DNA of 64,000 bases from a virus. Under the pieces are notes generated by a model. That model made no database searches. It saw only the letters and a program-made list of their open reading frames with translations, and was not told the DNA's origin. Made by a program: the position numbers and the translations under genes. The stretch is from positions 1-64,000 of the IMG/VR virus record IMGVR_UViG_3300046318_000520. The stretch is one strand, 5' to 3'. Shown here in pieces: positions 51,001 to 58,188 of the stretch (positions are counted from its first letter, which is position 1; each line of letters begins with the position of its first letter).

Positions 51001-53414
51001 AAATATTAGTTGAAAATATAAAAAACAAAGGTGCCAGTGCTAACTATCAAGCTTCTGTTCTGTTAGACTTTATAGGTATTATAGATCAAAGTAAATATTA
51101 TGCAGCTGTAGCTCAGGTGTTAAAACTTACTAAGGGTCTTGGTACAAGTTTTGAAGACTATGATGCTATCAATGACAAAATTGAGATGCTGGGTCTAAGA
51201 GTTAGTGACGATAAACAATTTGAAAAGTTTATTCCGCAAGGACAGACAACACCTCCGCCTTTTGATCTCAGACAGATTCTCATGGGCTATGATAATGATA
51301 AACCTTATCATACAATTATTCAGCGTTATATCAAAATTGCTGATCAGATCAGTGAGATCAGTAAAGGTATGTTCCTTGAAAGAACTGCTGTGTTTAAAAG
51401 GATTGAAAATATCATTAAAGATAACTTGACAGTAAGATCCAGCTTGAAACAAAAGTTTAATTCAGATCTGAAAAAAGATCTGCTGTCATATCTTTCTATT
51501 AAAGCATATCGTAAATACCTTGCTGAAAATGGAAGATCAGGAACTCTTTCCACTATGACCAATGCTTTGATTTATGATGAAGCAGCTGTAGCAAAGGGTG
51601 ACAAGTTTAGTGATATAGTAGACGTTTTACGTGTAATCAGGGAGAAAATGCCAAATAACTATTTGGCCTCTAACTTTTTAAACATGATAAAGACCACTGT
51701 GGTGGACGCATCAGGTAATGCATCTCTTAATCCTAAAAACCGTGATGGTATTAATAAGATTGAGTCTAATACCTGGGCAAAACTTAGTGAGTATCAGGTA
51801 GAAAAGCTCCGTGATTCCTTTATAGAGATTTACCAGTCTGACATGGACTTTGATGGACAGGGTGCTAATGGACGTGACATGGCTAATGCTTTGTTTAACT
51901 ACCTGCTTGTAAAAGATGGTGGTCAGTTTAGAAGTGGTTCATTTATCAGGTATGTTCCCAATTTTATGTTCAATGATCTGTTGATGTCCACTGGTTTGGC
52001 TAATGATGTTATGAAGCTTTCTGTAAAGGCTGATAACGTAGATCAGATGGACGAGGCGTATAAAAAAGTGTTTGGTATTACTGCTGTAGAACTGTTCAAC
52101 GAGTTTATGGAAAACTATACCACACATGTAGGAAACTCTTACTATGTTAAAAAGCTTAGCTTAAATAATGAAACTAAGTTTGATCCTACAGGAAACTCTG
52201 AAATAGATGGTTTTGAACCTCAGTCTGTGGTTCCCAGCAAGAAAGAAGGATTTATTATTAACATATTTAAAGGTGTAAGAAAAAAGGAGCAGGCTGTATC
52301 TGAAATTACCCTTGAGGAACAAGCAGGTATTACATGGATGAGTGATGAAGATTATTTAGAGTATGTGGATAGCTTGACTGATGAACAAAAAGAGTTAGTT
52401 AAAGAACAACAGGCTAAATCCAAAAAGTATAATGATGTAGAGAAAGGTAAGTTTGCTAAGAACATGCAGTCTCTCAGGGATAAAGGGTTTAGAACAAACA
52501 CCAAGAACGAGGTAGAGTTTCCTTACATTATCAGGGTACCCGCCGGTGAAATGTTTACTGCAGATAGTTATTACATTCTTAAGTCTGTAAGAAAAGCTGG
52601 TCAGAACAAGGATAAAAAAATAGATTCTAAAAAGCTGATTCAGAAAAATGAAACTATTGCAGCAGGTGTTTCTGCAGTGTATGAGCCAGTTGAAAGAAAA
52701 GGATCCAGAAAAACCTTTAAAGGAGCTGCTATGTTTGATGCAATTCCTGAAACAGCTAAGCTTCCACGTTACCGTAAAGCGGTTGATAACAATTCAAGTT
52801 ATTCTCCTTTTTACCAGACAATGAATGCAGATGCTGAAAAAGAAGAGCTCTGGATGCAGAATCATGGTTTTGCACCAAAAGATTCTACTAAGGCGGCACC
52901 TGTTTCTGCACCTGTAGATACAGGCTCAAGGTCTCCAAAGGATGTACTTTTACAAGACTATGGTATCCAAATGAAGTATGACAGTGTTTTAAAAATGTTT
53001 ACCTTTGTTGGAGATATTTTGAATGATATTCCAGATGATATAAAATCCTCAGTAGGAGGTAATCCAAAAACACTTCTTTCTATGCTTGGATACAAACCTA
53101 CAGCTCCTGCTCCTCAGGTTCAGCAAGCTTCTCCACTACCTGCAGGCGTTCCAAAAATCAGCAAAGAAGCTGGAAAAGGAATATCAGATATGAACATGCG
53201 TAATAGCTTAATGGCCGCCATGTTTGGTCAACCTGCAACGTCTACTCCGGAGTCTACTCCTGGTGCAGGATCTCCTTCTGCAGGAACTAAAGTTGATGAT
53301 GTTACATTGAGTGAAACAGCGGCTAAAGGTATCTCTGATATGGAGAAGTATAAACAGCTTATGAGAGCAATGAATGGTGAAAATCCACTCAATGATGAGT
53401 GTGCCCAGCCATAA
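39039..53414 (+). CDS. Giant virion-packaged RNA polymerase polyprotein (crAss-like two-barrel vRNAP) with zincin domain
   Basis: 4791 aa. GVRIPSQDKHS (~49421) and GADFDIDK (DFDID at 49545-49559) are the catalytic motifs of crAss-like vRNAP. Also TDNAKE, and HEAFH at 44949 followed by EEYMADQF. Confidence 0.92.
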   Translation: MAVPTGVIPEELMGAYSEDPFLSLPAQSELGMLDLIGNTGMSQGPAVQDAVQNGLDAFAKQPTSMETLSAPRFFDYEGAQTDRYKQSDNFRELGFDPFGGTENEYKYGARQTWGDVWSNGLSGMFKLAGNTYLEGWKGWGNLADAVYSDGNWFNADKLMGSSEELLAQDKATKDIMNKYAIFSTPESEEGLFNRKFFGDMLQQSGFAVGAIGQFLTEELITMGLSTEFSLAKLGIKAPAWAGKVVTKADIAADIVKLGNPVVQSTRLSEALVQGARSIVPFADMAYDINRYKKAGAGALQIASIGAGGVRRFLSEANMAMTEARMEAAGTYGELYNKLYDESLNATGQAPSGLELNNMEKTAKDAAFDNFMVNTGILMLSNRLQFDNLFSKFGVGRNVLGAAGEYADDVLKVTGKRAGQEAVENFTKTYAKGRFGTLGVLGGIAADFGKKRAAWEATKSFGKNLFKWEASEGIQELLQEGSNKGLQDYYYDLYHGNKGYDSKTDAMLSSIQNPLTDLEGAKTFLMGALTGRLLSPINFAMGSAKKYASTTAEQRAERTADLEKTVFTINAFYENPQLFLNEHIANVKVQDRAAKNMEEAVVNRDKYQFVNNKDGAFAKLMSAAMKTDMYKAVTDTIRGYGENFNDEDFKKAFGIDKTEENMSSVKDYFNKIADETDSFQKNWKALKEKYGDRVLLDLYKEGTPERKTALMAKRALDDALEILATNNYKATRSAERAVKLQTDMAAIPVLGSSAAAAFRNLAVVQNTAKETELIEQELKSLELVEKKDRATKELIKTKKEQLKSLKDWSENYEVLKGQGVKQKRKFKKAVKAFENYFRSKNMESGITQEVKLDQIDEIYTNLIDYIELNNDSKDYIDAYNIIANPIKFAQVHARLLDAMEVTGNKLNAEHLQEAANALNPQAPPAGNPQQPGGSPSTEAPDFMQYLKDAWDSQTVTGSTTLPFDEWLKSPVAKTFTELYNKKYNKTEKLGSTSNELAVLKNDLLNNTLTKEYLESFNERLSKILNLPIIKVQELYDQFQKALDPKQVEKDIAEMGFPENPTAEQVFQTVSKYLLPKFIDSLINAGSTEGGNIVGSDKANMEVIELPAMKIKLTKPALFEGEKLVDDGKNGVFIIETGLVADQAKRDELMKLMGAGSTAGAPVTAFIVVNSDRVDPVTLSSDLVRYQKKSEAYTVRDEAIKNRELQDKKSRSWYQFDGKEVRAGLVLTNKDGKSFVVATTGQPYFAKDDVDKKVPLIKITMLRNNSRTNTHSFISSLEGYNIKQKVEKLSTGEPVDTNTFRLFRTEELSRIFPNKAANESKEDAQKRLDTLLKNTDPKELLAGLSITVSENPGTRSSKNAGADSDKTPNSNLIQYGDKYQIQISYKGQTIGFLTNYDHLRFVTANGTPVPMSNLTLDQFRSIFDSQGKDPKEQMELFKRAYENSRKVYIALTKNIKPGQPVSFTPEQVAKILTVNIGAGEFDFVPKTEKGVTYDELPFKTINGYYYILDRSKRYGKGYTFSVTENAITNAKGDDRKQIEKEIKLIRQQRDATEQLGRYVAVIKLPNGKIRFVELNTEAMADTQLNDIITKLNERSEITKRDNLQEGLNEKKEVIQNRKKIDFNEELNSELAQQLFLSVPQANKGTYINFSITDTGNLELAFHKKVDNKDIRRSVVVMGKSGKDPINIKNIDDLISRINAAIERHDKSFAKREVDQIGITLKKENFKQSTPDTSYIDDVKGLRSNVSADISKNIPLTIKASSDLNIPEITPAPAGNAANKGQADSSGIDPAMRAAFFKEMGVEDTTKGQSPAPGQQPTETPLQALYAQLNSLKSEKELETIKRRDEKIAAGQRPSLAMLEANDESSAIYDKKIKEAQAKVNAEKNSNKGSALKVLDKPFFDQNSIVSIDRFRKYISRVLGDKVSVQEMDMIADNLKNNNITVGKFIAYMESVRKGSPVVKGRIEVGENTPFKYHEAFHAVFRLMLTDAQVDKLLAYAKMEFKKSLLPGQTVVSKMAEMRQLHKVYAEMTDVELEERMYEEYMADQFDTWKINQDSKKVIPGIRGFFMKLWDMITSLFKGGKNQLESLFKEIERGKYRNAKIADNRFTKADALSVSEPVLKAIQVGTIDVQDENGQFITIPKYLSQQDGDQMASTVASLYHSRVLNNTNSGYNKKEVLNNIYADFQELYDINGANREFYLNEADALFETDPNLAKEYLNRLEQRHTIFLEKDNRQTLSESVDIHLRVMGYQQELEDDEYISMEDEFGSRVTTENWKEAHSIGGFGSLSKFLRQYIASTTFILDRDEFGNTQMVNGEPLIQAVNANLVYSGILKAVANITDQKKFVNRLLELKSADTETSKFLNKFFDEVGLEIDPDTGEFAVTNSKQATLFQMVLKGFQQYTVDYIFINKDVRKSKKVSRLMIANRMGAVKAQFTQWQNAYVHVFEEPVLRLRSIEERKEFAKEKTGALQDLLTNLNPTGYISDEELALDSEMLSNQLKTDLGISLSPLYIKYAIAASKNADIKTEAQRKLSESYSDVVGIDPDAIKQLIKSVQALENPFAKNIEPSNQDLDVPGQDDDQQEKEAIDSLGEGGAIKRVSELAAGNAVFDETVSTTSYKNAEGELVYAHQLPTYHLVKVNEFNNDTELTNMQVSDEFMQGNMLLDSAKFRSMSGDFVVERIEGMKSSILSEDEDGNLREDKTIQSNQNEGITYGSFSDREFIVSLLDLYAYNKTYKNTAGTFRTTQHLIRVIEASNTGDTISLPAISAVTSDQNGKVTLSQEALTILMQEVAREFERIKRVRRELATGVYENGEIEGYHYAVDGDGRRTNKKVPRGLKFYKTANMLGSLALELEESSRSGSFDLSSRAAEINAQFKRYWEARMEEFVDKLDNIGVVSTVKSEDPEENGRLINNLVDDFIEIGFTVKDDGKEILDEKRNQDLNIIPGNMKHNLGQIMMNDYLNTMAVNQLLYGDEARAFKDEIDQVKRAKGANGSGQSLESLVTNEELGITESFTESYILTFTDPKYNARFAGGLKDKADAQSYQSVKSMRYTLHGLGKLTPYAAKILDKLERGDKLTKEEVFGPSGLKAMEAMFNSEKLVYFDGPQYIKTSTVMLTKELTSVLVNGKWLARPGYEDLHDLRERLEKFEKDNNTVTFAAPKSASKGLKRNVFDHNEGFRNAKDDNFSRQETKYWRLQLVNPSNKVMITDPTQAKQIIIAEQNDDTSVEFMGVNTTIGELKKAYLNDTAQRVNNNYTRTRDEIFDIEEGFSELGKAIQQDKISSKLEKFQARAIENLRSTGADSQLIEFFSLDPETGKPNYNLNNPVTLEKYTQLFLAYFSKGVLSEKIPGHSVALMSNYGIKVVKVFTGKFDESGAPIGQIVSRDEVERNYNKYKSVKKWNNDVDRQFTGLVAGDIYLDDLRHNVPEFDSKGKIIGRYTEFMMPPHFMEDMGLKPGDKIPDHIAKAFGVRIPSQDKHSFISLKLVDFLPAYYGSTGVFPHELIEISGADFDIDKLYMHIADTYSKNGKRIAYGTEKSKTGRFEEYVRWNDKNNKAFRDTLDKLKKENVRYQELLQKQAAMKRLEKDIDKAFDNVQQSDGSIKEGFNTAILSARLVDQVIMGLLGQDQNLDVKQYDTEYGLIESVYFMKDLNEMLNKLEEKDKRDYLLAMGSDFFNQFEDITAKLADVETRLISETLAELKLPSSITKYAESAEELNNGVLNNRILDQKIAMLNNEHMVSGGEKAIAYQVASVDALKNLLDESKEGNLLELLSIGVDENGKKIYPEGLAEILLEGGVDTDSMLGKYKAFKNNKEGSRLIGPAVNSMLTYAVFNNFGISLRDTAIDPITGETIQMFKFKLNGHVFTGYNETRSARFDAEGKFQGYDGERVFNTISTIVSAMTDNAKERLAARLGLNIEAIGYVSNMVAQGVPIQSAIMFMLQPVVREYFELTKIASNNIKTGAESEIYKSQVAKELRNKYLELAGEDFVKEDITDEILVENIKNKGASANYQASVLLDFIGIIDQSKYYAAVAQVLKLTKGLGTSFEDYDAINDKIEMLGLRVSDDKQFEKFIPQGQTTPPPFDLRQILMGYDNDKPYHTIIQRYIKIADQISEISKGMFLERTAVFKRIENIIKDNLTVRSSLKQKFNSDLKKDLLSYLSIKAYRKYLAENGRSGTLSTMTNALIYDEAAVAKGDKFSDIVDVLRVIREKMPNNYLASNFLNMIKTTVVDASGNASLNPKNRDGINKIESNTWAKLSEYQVEKLRDSFIEIYQSDMDFDGQGANGRDMANALFNYLLVKDGGQFRSGSFIRYVPNFMFNDLLMSTGLANDVMKLSVKADNVDQMDEAYKKVFGITAVELFNEFMENYTTHVGNSYYVKKLSLNNETKFDPTGNSEIDGFEPQSVVPSKKEGFIINIFKGVRKKEQAVSEITLEEQAGITWMSDEDYLEYVDSLTDEQKELVKEQQAKSKKYNDVEKGKFAKNMQSLRDKGFRTNTKNEVEFPYIIRVPAGEMFTADSYYILKSVRKAGQNKDKKIDSKKLIQKNETIAAGVSAVYEPVERKGSRKTFKGAAMFDAIPETAKLPRYRKAVDNNSSYSPFYQTMNADAEKEELWMQNHGFAPKDSTKAAPVSAPVDTGSRSPKDVLLQDYGIQMKYDSVLKMFTFVGDILNDIPDDIKSSVGGNPKTLLSMLGYKPTAPAPQVQQASPLPAGVPKISKEAGKGISDMNMRNSLMAAMFGQPATSTPESTPGAGSPSAGTKVDDVTLSETAAKGISDMEKYKQLMRAMNGENPLNDECAQP

Positions 53415-53442
53415 GATTTATTAATAACAAAACGTACCCTAT

Positions 53443-56400
53443 ATGCCCTGCCAGCTATTTAGAACAGATGGTAAAGTTGACCGTGTGCTTGCTCCTAATG
53501 AGCAGCCTTCCAACTTGTACAAGGAAATTTTAACTACTGTAGAAAAAGAAGGACCTAAAAAATTTATTGATCAGATGCCGTACCTGCGTGATCGTTTGGA
53601 TGACGGCACTCTTTTAAATGAATCTGCAGAAGAAATAGCTGTTGGTATATGGAGCATTGCGTATAGTCCGGAGTATCAGACTTTTTTTACAAACATGAAC
53701 AAGGCTCTTGGCATCTTTGCAGATGAGAACGGGGAACCTAAGTATAATGTTTTTCAGGCTAATGTTTTAAATCAGGGATCTAATTTTAACAGGGTTAGTC
53801 CAGGATACGTTTTGGATCCGGAAAGAGCAGCTTTTGTAAAAGGTGCCACTAAGAGAGGTAATGCTTTACAGCAGAAGATTGTTGAAGAATTAATTGAAAA
53901 ACCAGCTAATCCTGTAGTGCTTGAACCCAATGAGCATGTTTATATTGATCAGGACGGAGAAGTATATACATCTGTAACAACTGCCATTAAAGGTAAACTT
54001 GAGAACGATGCCTATGCTGTAAACAGGGATTATGGTACTTCTATTGATAAGCTGCTGCAAGGTGTTATCCTGGGTCAGTCTTTTGATGTGGCTACTAAAG
54101 ATATAACTAATATTGATAAGCAGAAGCTAAGCACATTATTTACTCTGTTACAAGTTTATGTGGAAGGTCTTACCAGAGACGGATCAATTATTATGACGCA
54201 GGTTGCTTTAGGTGATAAAACATCCAGGATTGCCGGTTCTTTAGATATGCTGGTAATATCACCATCAGGTAAAATGAAAGTGGTAGATTTAAAAGTATCA
54301 AAAAATAGTGTAAAAAACGAAGGATACAACAGACCCTATGATGTAAAAGCAGGATCTGTATTTCCTGGTCAGAAACTTTCAACAAGGCAACAGCACGGTA
54401 TACAGGTAGGTACTTATAAAAAACTCATTGAGCTTGCAGGTTTTGAAGTAGAACAGGTTCAAACACTTCATATCAAGCTTGATCTGAATTCTGATAAAAG
54501 TATAAATGATATCAAGTGGGAAGGTGAACTAACACATCCCTTGTCTCTTAATAAAAACTTTGTAGATGCTGTTATTCCTACTGAAATAGAACCAAGGAAC
54601 AGAACAAATGAACTCAAAAAAGAACTGGGTGTAGATAATCCTGCAGAAGATGAGGATTTTTTGAATGACGATGAAAGTAAACCTGAAAGAGAAGTTTTTG
54701 GTGATATGTATGAACGCATGTACCAGGAAGCTAAAAGTGTTGTAAACCTTCTTGATTCCCGTAAAAAGTATTTGGAAAAAATCCGTAAGGGCAAGACTCA
54801 TCTTGATAAGGAAGTAATGATTGATAAAATCAATGAGATCATTGTCATGATGGGGTCTGAGCTAAAAATTGAAAGACCTTCCGTAGCCTATGGTGCCTTT
54901 TTAAGATTTGCCATATCAGAGGTTAAAGATTATCTCAAAGAGATTACAGATCCTAAAAATGCAACTAATTCTGATTATGTGGCAATGCTTCTAGAAGTAG
55001 ATAAGTACATAGAGTCTTACAGAGGTATTGTAAACGTAAAAGGAGTTGGTAGTAAAGAACAGCAGCTTATGCTGTTGGAACTGATGGATTTGCTGGACGA
55101 TACCAAAGAGGCTATAGATGACAATCTGGAAACTTATGTAAAAAATGTTATAAGCAAAAATACATCCAGGGATCTTACCAAAGAAGAGTTAGACAGTATT
55201 GTAAAAGAAGTCTATGATATCAAAACTGAGGATTATTATCTTGGTGACATGGCTACCAGTACCGATACATTATTAGCTATTGCTGACAAAATATTTAAGG
55301 CAGCTTCAAACAGAGCTAAAGATACTTCTGAAGCTACCACATCCAGAATTCTTAAGCTTGGTGCTTCTTTATTAAAGATATCAGGATTTTCCAAACCTCC
55401 AGCCAACTTTTATGACTTCATGAAAGTCTTTGATAAAGCTGGTAAGTTTACAGGGCGTTTTGTTTCAAGAGTAGGGTCTGCATACTGGGAGAAATACTAT
55501 GAATTAAAAAATAAAACCAAGGAAAAAAACGGTGAAACTAAGCAGTACATACCTATTCTTGATCCTGCTAATGCCAGCCAGGATGATATTAACTACAACA
55601 TAACCCTGTTTTACGATAAGAGTAACTATCGTGATTTTATGAATGCTGAAATACTTGGTCCCAATGGAGCAGAAGACGGCAAGTTTCATAAATATTCTGA
55701 TTCTTTTAAAACTATACGGGCCCGTTACCAGGAACTGGTACAATATGATAAGCCTGATGGTACTGTATTTTACAAGTGGGAAAAGAAAACAGGTGTAACT
55801 GATGATCAGTATGAGCAGTTTCGTTTAAAATACTTTAATGAAGTAGATTATTGGGGTGCCCAGATGGAAACAGACGGTACATTTAAAGGTAGAGTAACTT
55901 TAAAGACCGGCTATTTTGCAAAGTATGAGTTTATAGAAGTGCGGGATATTGCAGAAGATGGTACTGATCTAAGAGATTCAAAGTATACAAAACTGATGGA
56001 TCCAAAAACTGAACTGGAAAAAGCCCAGTCTGACTTTTATAAGGCATGGGTTGAAGAATATAGCAACGCCCTGGAAAAACTTCCTCCTGATGTAGCAGCA
56101 CAAATGAGGGGAAAGGTAAGCCGGGTCAGGGGATCTTTTATGGATACCCTTAAAAGCAAAGGTCCTGGTTTTACCAAAGCTGTTTCAAAAAGCTTAAAGC
56201 AATTTTTTTCTTCAGAGGTGTATACTAATCAACGATTGGTAGATGAGCTTGGACAAATAGACCGTGGTTTACCTATTCTATATGTGGGAAAGCTTCAGAA
56301 TGAGGGCCGTGTAGAGTATCTAAAAAATGAAATAAACAAGCTTAAAGAAAAAAGAGCTACAGGAAAGATTGGTTTAAAACCATATCAGGAAGAAAAAAAG

Positions 56401-57999
56401 AAACTCAAAGAGTATCTCAAAATAGAGGAAGGTAAAGTTAAAGCTGGTGAGATAGAAAGTGATTTGGTTACAAACCTGATTGCTTTTACTACAATGGCTG
56501 AGAACTTTGAAGTGATGAGTAATATTGAATCTGATCTGCAGGCTATTGCCAAGGTGATGGATGACCGTATATACTATGAAACAGATTCTTTAGGAAATAA
56601 ACTGATACGTAAGGGATCTAAAGCTACCAAAGATGATGAAGGTAAACCGGTTATCAAGCGTAGTGAAGATGTCATGGCTACAAAAAGATTGCGTAAATGG
56701 TTTAAAATGGTGTATTATAATAACCAGGAATTTAACCGCAGCACTGTTGCAATGGTTGCTTCCAGGATACAGAATCTTACATCATTGAAAGGAGTTGGTT
56801 TTAACGTTTTTGGTAACATAAACAACTACATCATGGGTCGTATAAACACCTCAATAGAAACAGCAGGTGCCTTATACTATGACCGTCCGGCTGCCAACAG
56901 AGCAGTAGGGGAATATAACAAAGATTATTTACCTGGTGTATTCAGGGGTCTGGGGAAAAGCAAAGATAGCTACTATGCTGAAAAAGAATCCAACAGTAAG
57001 TATGAGGCTTTAGTGGATAGATTTAGAATAGTACGGAAATTTCAGGCTGATTCAGGTAAAGTAGATCCAATGTCATGGGCCTACATGCTGCAGGAAGGCG
57101 GTGAATATAACGTACAAAGTAAAACTGGTATTGCTATTCTGATGTCTAAACAGATTACTAATAGTATTACAGGTGAGACCCTTAGTATTTATGATGCCTT
57201 TGACTTTAATTCAAACACTGGTGAGGTTAAACTTAAGACCGGTTATAATCTTTCAGATAAAGAACGGTATGATATCACCAATTATATATTGGAAGTTAAT
57301 AAGCAGATACACGGTAACTATGCCTTTGAAGATCGTATGATTATTCAGGAAGGCTGGCTTGGTCAGCTTGCTGCTCAGTTTCACAAATGGGTATATCCTG
57401 CTTATAAAGTGAGATTTAAAGGCCGTTACCAGGATGAAAATCTTGGTGATGTAGAAGGCAGGTATGTAACCGTCATGAACTTCATCAAGTACATGAAAGA
57501 GTCAGAGGGAAACTTCTTTGAAAAGATGAGAGAAGGTTGGCAGTCAATGGATGCCGTACAGGTAAAAAACATGTATAAGAATCTGGCAGAATTGGCATTT
57601 TTTGCTGGAAGCTTTGCTATGTACGGTATATTTAAAGCATTGGCTGAAGGTGTTGATGATGATGATGTAACGCTAAAACGCTGGATAAATTTTATGTCAT
57701 ATCAGCAAAGTCGTCAGATGAATGAGGTTTCTACAATGATGCCTGTAGTAGGTTTTGAAGAACAGTATTTATTAGCCAAGTCACCAATAGCAATTTTAAC
57801 AACTTTAAAAGACTTTGGTCAGGCTTTGAAATCAACATTGCTTTTACCTTTCCCACCGTATGATAAAAACTATTATGAACGCGGGCCAAGAGATGGTGAT
57901 TTAAAAGCATGGAAAGAATGGAAAGATATTATTCCGGCTCTAAGTGTCCTTAACAAATGGGAATCTTATGATCAGGTAAAAAGTTTCTATATCAAATAA
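53443..57999 (+). CDS. Large cargo protein with PD-(D/E)xK nuclease-like domain
   Basis: 1518 aa with SVTT, IAGSLDML...VVDLKVS and QVGTY motifs. C-terminal IHGNY...QFHKW...EGRY motifs and hydrophobic helices are typical of phage internal virion proteins. Confidence 0.8.
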   Translation: MPCQLFRTDGKVDRVLAPNEQPSNLYKEILTTVEKEGPKKFIDQMPYLRDRLDDGTLLNESAEEIAVGIWSIAYSPEYQTFFTNMNKALGIFADENGEPKYNVFQANVLNQGSNFNRVSPGYVLDPERAAFVKGATKRGNALQQKIVEELIEKPANPVVLEPNEHVYIDQDGEVYTSVTTAIKGKLENDAYAVNRDYGTSIDKLLQGVILGQSFDVATKDITNIDKQKLSTLFTLLQVYVEGLTRDGSIIMTQVALGDKTSRIAGSLDMLVISPSGKMKVVDLKVSKNSVKNEGYNRPYDVKAGSVFPGQKLSTRQQHGIQVGTYKKLIELAGFEVEQVQTLHIKLDLNSDKSINDIKWEGELTHPLSLNKNFVDAVIPTEIEPRNRTNELKKELGVDNPAEDEDFLNDDESKPEREVFGDMYERMYQEAKSVVNLLDSRKKYLEKIRKGKTHLDKEVMIDKINEIIVMMGSELKIERPSVAYGAFLRFAISEVKDYLKEITDPKNATNSDYVAMLLEVDKYIESYRGIVNVKGVGSKEQQLMLLELMDLLDDTKEAIDDNLETYVKNVISKNTSRDLTKEELDSIVKEVYDIKTEDYYLGDMATSTDTLLAIADKIFKAASNRAKDTSEATTSRILKLGASLLKISGFSKPPANFYDFMKVFDKAGKFTGRFVSRVGSAYWEKYYELKNKTKEKNGETKQYIPILDPANASQDDINYNITLFYDKSNYRDFMNAEILGPNGAEDGKFHKYSDSFKTIRARYQELVQYDKPDGTVFYKWEKKTGVTDDQYEQFRLKYFNEVDYWGAQMETDGTFKGRVTLKTGYFAKYEFIEVRDIAEDGTDLRDSKYTKLMDPKTELEKAQSDFYKAWVEEYSNALEKLPPDVAAQMRGKVSRVRGSFMDTLKSKGPGFTKAVSKSLKQFFSSEVYTNQRLVDELGQIDRGLPILYVGKLQNEGRVEYLKNEINKLKEKRATGKIGLKPYQEEKKKLKEYLKIEEGKVKAGEIESDLVTNLIAFTTMAENFEVMSNIESDLQAIAKVMDDRIYYETDSLGNKLIRKGSKATKDDEGKPVIKRSEDVMATKRLRKWFKMVYYNNQEFNRSTVAMVASRIQNLTSLKGVGFNVFGNINNYIMGRINTSIETAGALYYDRPAANRAVGEYNKDYLPGVFRGLGKSKDSYYAEKESNSKYEALVDRFRIVRKFQADSGKVDPMSWAYMLQEGGEYNVQSKTGIAILMSKQITNSITGETLSIYDAFDFNSNTGEVKLKTGYNLSDKERYDITNYILEVNKQIHGNYAFEDRMIIQEGWLGQLAAQFHKWVYPAYKVRFKGRYQDENLGDVEGRYVTVMNFIKYMKESEGNFFEKMREGWQSMDAVQVKNMYKNLAELAFFAGSFAMYGIFKALAEGVDDDDVTLKRWINFMSYQQSRQMNEVSTMMPVVGFEEQYLLAKSPIAILTTLKDFGQALKSTLLLPFPPYDKNYYERGPRDGDLKAWKEWKDIIPALSVLNKWESYDQVKSFYIK

Positions 58000-58032
58000 A
58001 AAAGAAGGGGTTTATGCCCCTTCTTTTTTTTT
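57998..58032. terminator. Bidirectional Rho-independent terminator between convergent modules
   Basis: AAAAAAGAAGGGG-TTTATG-CCCCTTCTTTTTTTTT. Confidence 0.9.
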
Positions 58033-58185
58033 GTACTTGGCTATTCTAAAATAGATAAAGATGAGACCAATAGCAACTTCTGTAAACTCTCGTTTCTCTT
58101 CATCTAAAATTTCAGAACCTCTTTGAAAAAAGATACCTAGTAGGCATCTGTATTCACTTGCAAACTCTAACTGTATACCTATCAT
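58012..58185 (-). CDS. Small hypothetical protein (57 aa; not in ORF track)
   Basis: MIGIQLEFASEYRCLLGIFFQRG...IAKYKKKEGA*. It starts 3 nt after the previous stop, fills the gap, and its stop codon lies in the terminator loop. Confidence 0.55.
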   Translation of the reverse strand: MIGIQLEFASEYRCLLGIFFQRGSEILDEEKREFTEVAIGLIFIYFRIAKYKKKEGA

Positions 58186-58188
58186 AAA

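Noticed and set aside
664-55743. Numerous minus-strand and alternate-frame ORFs of 60-144 aa in the ORF track
   Set aside because: They are fully nested in long + strand genes, have no motifs, and show antisense-shadow composition.
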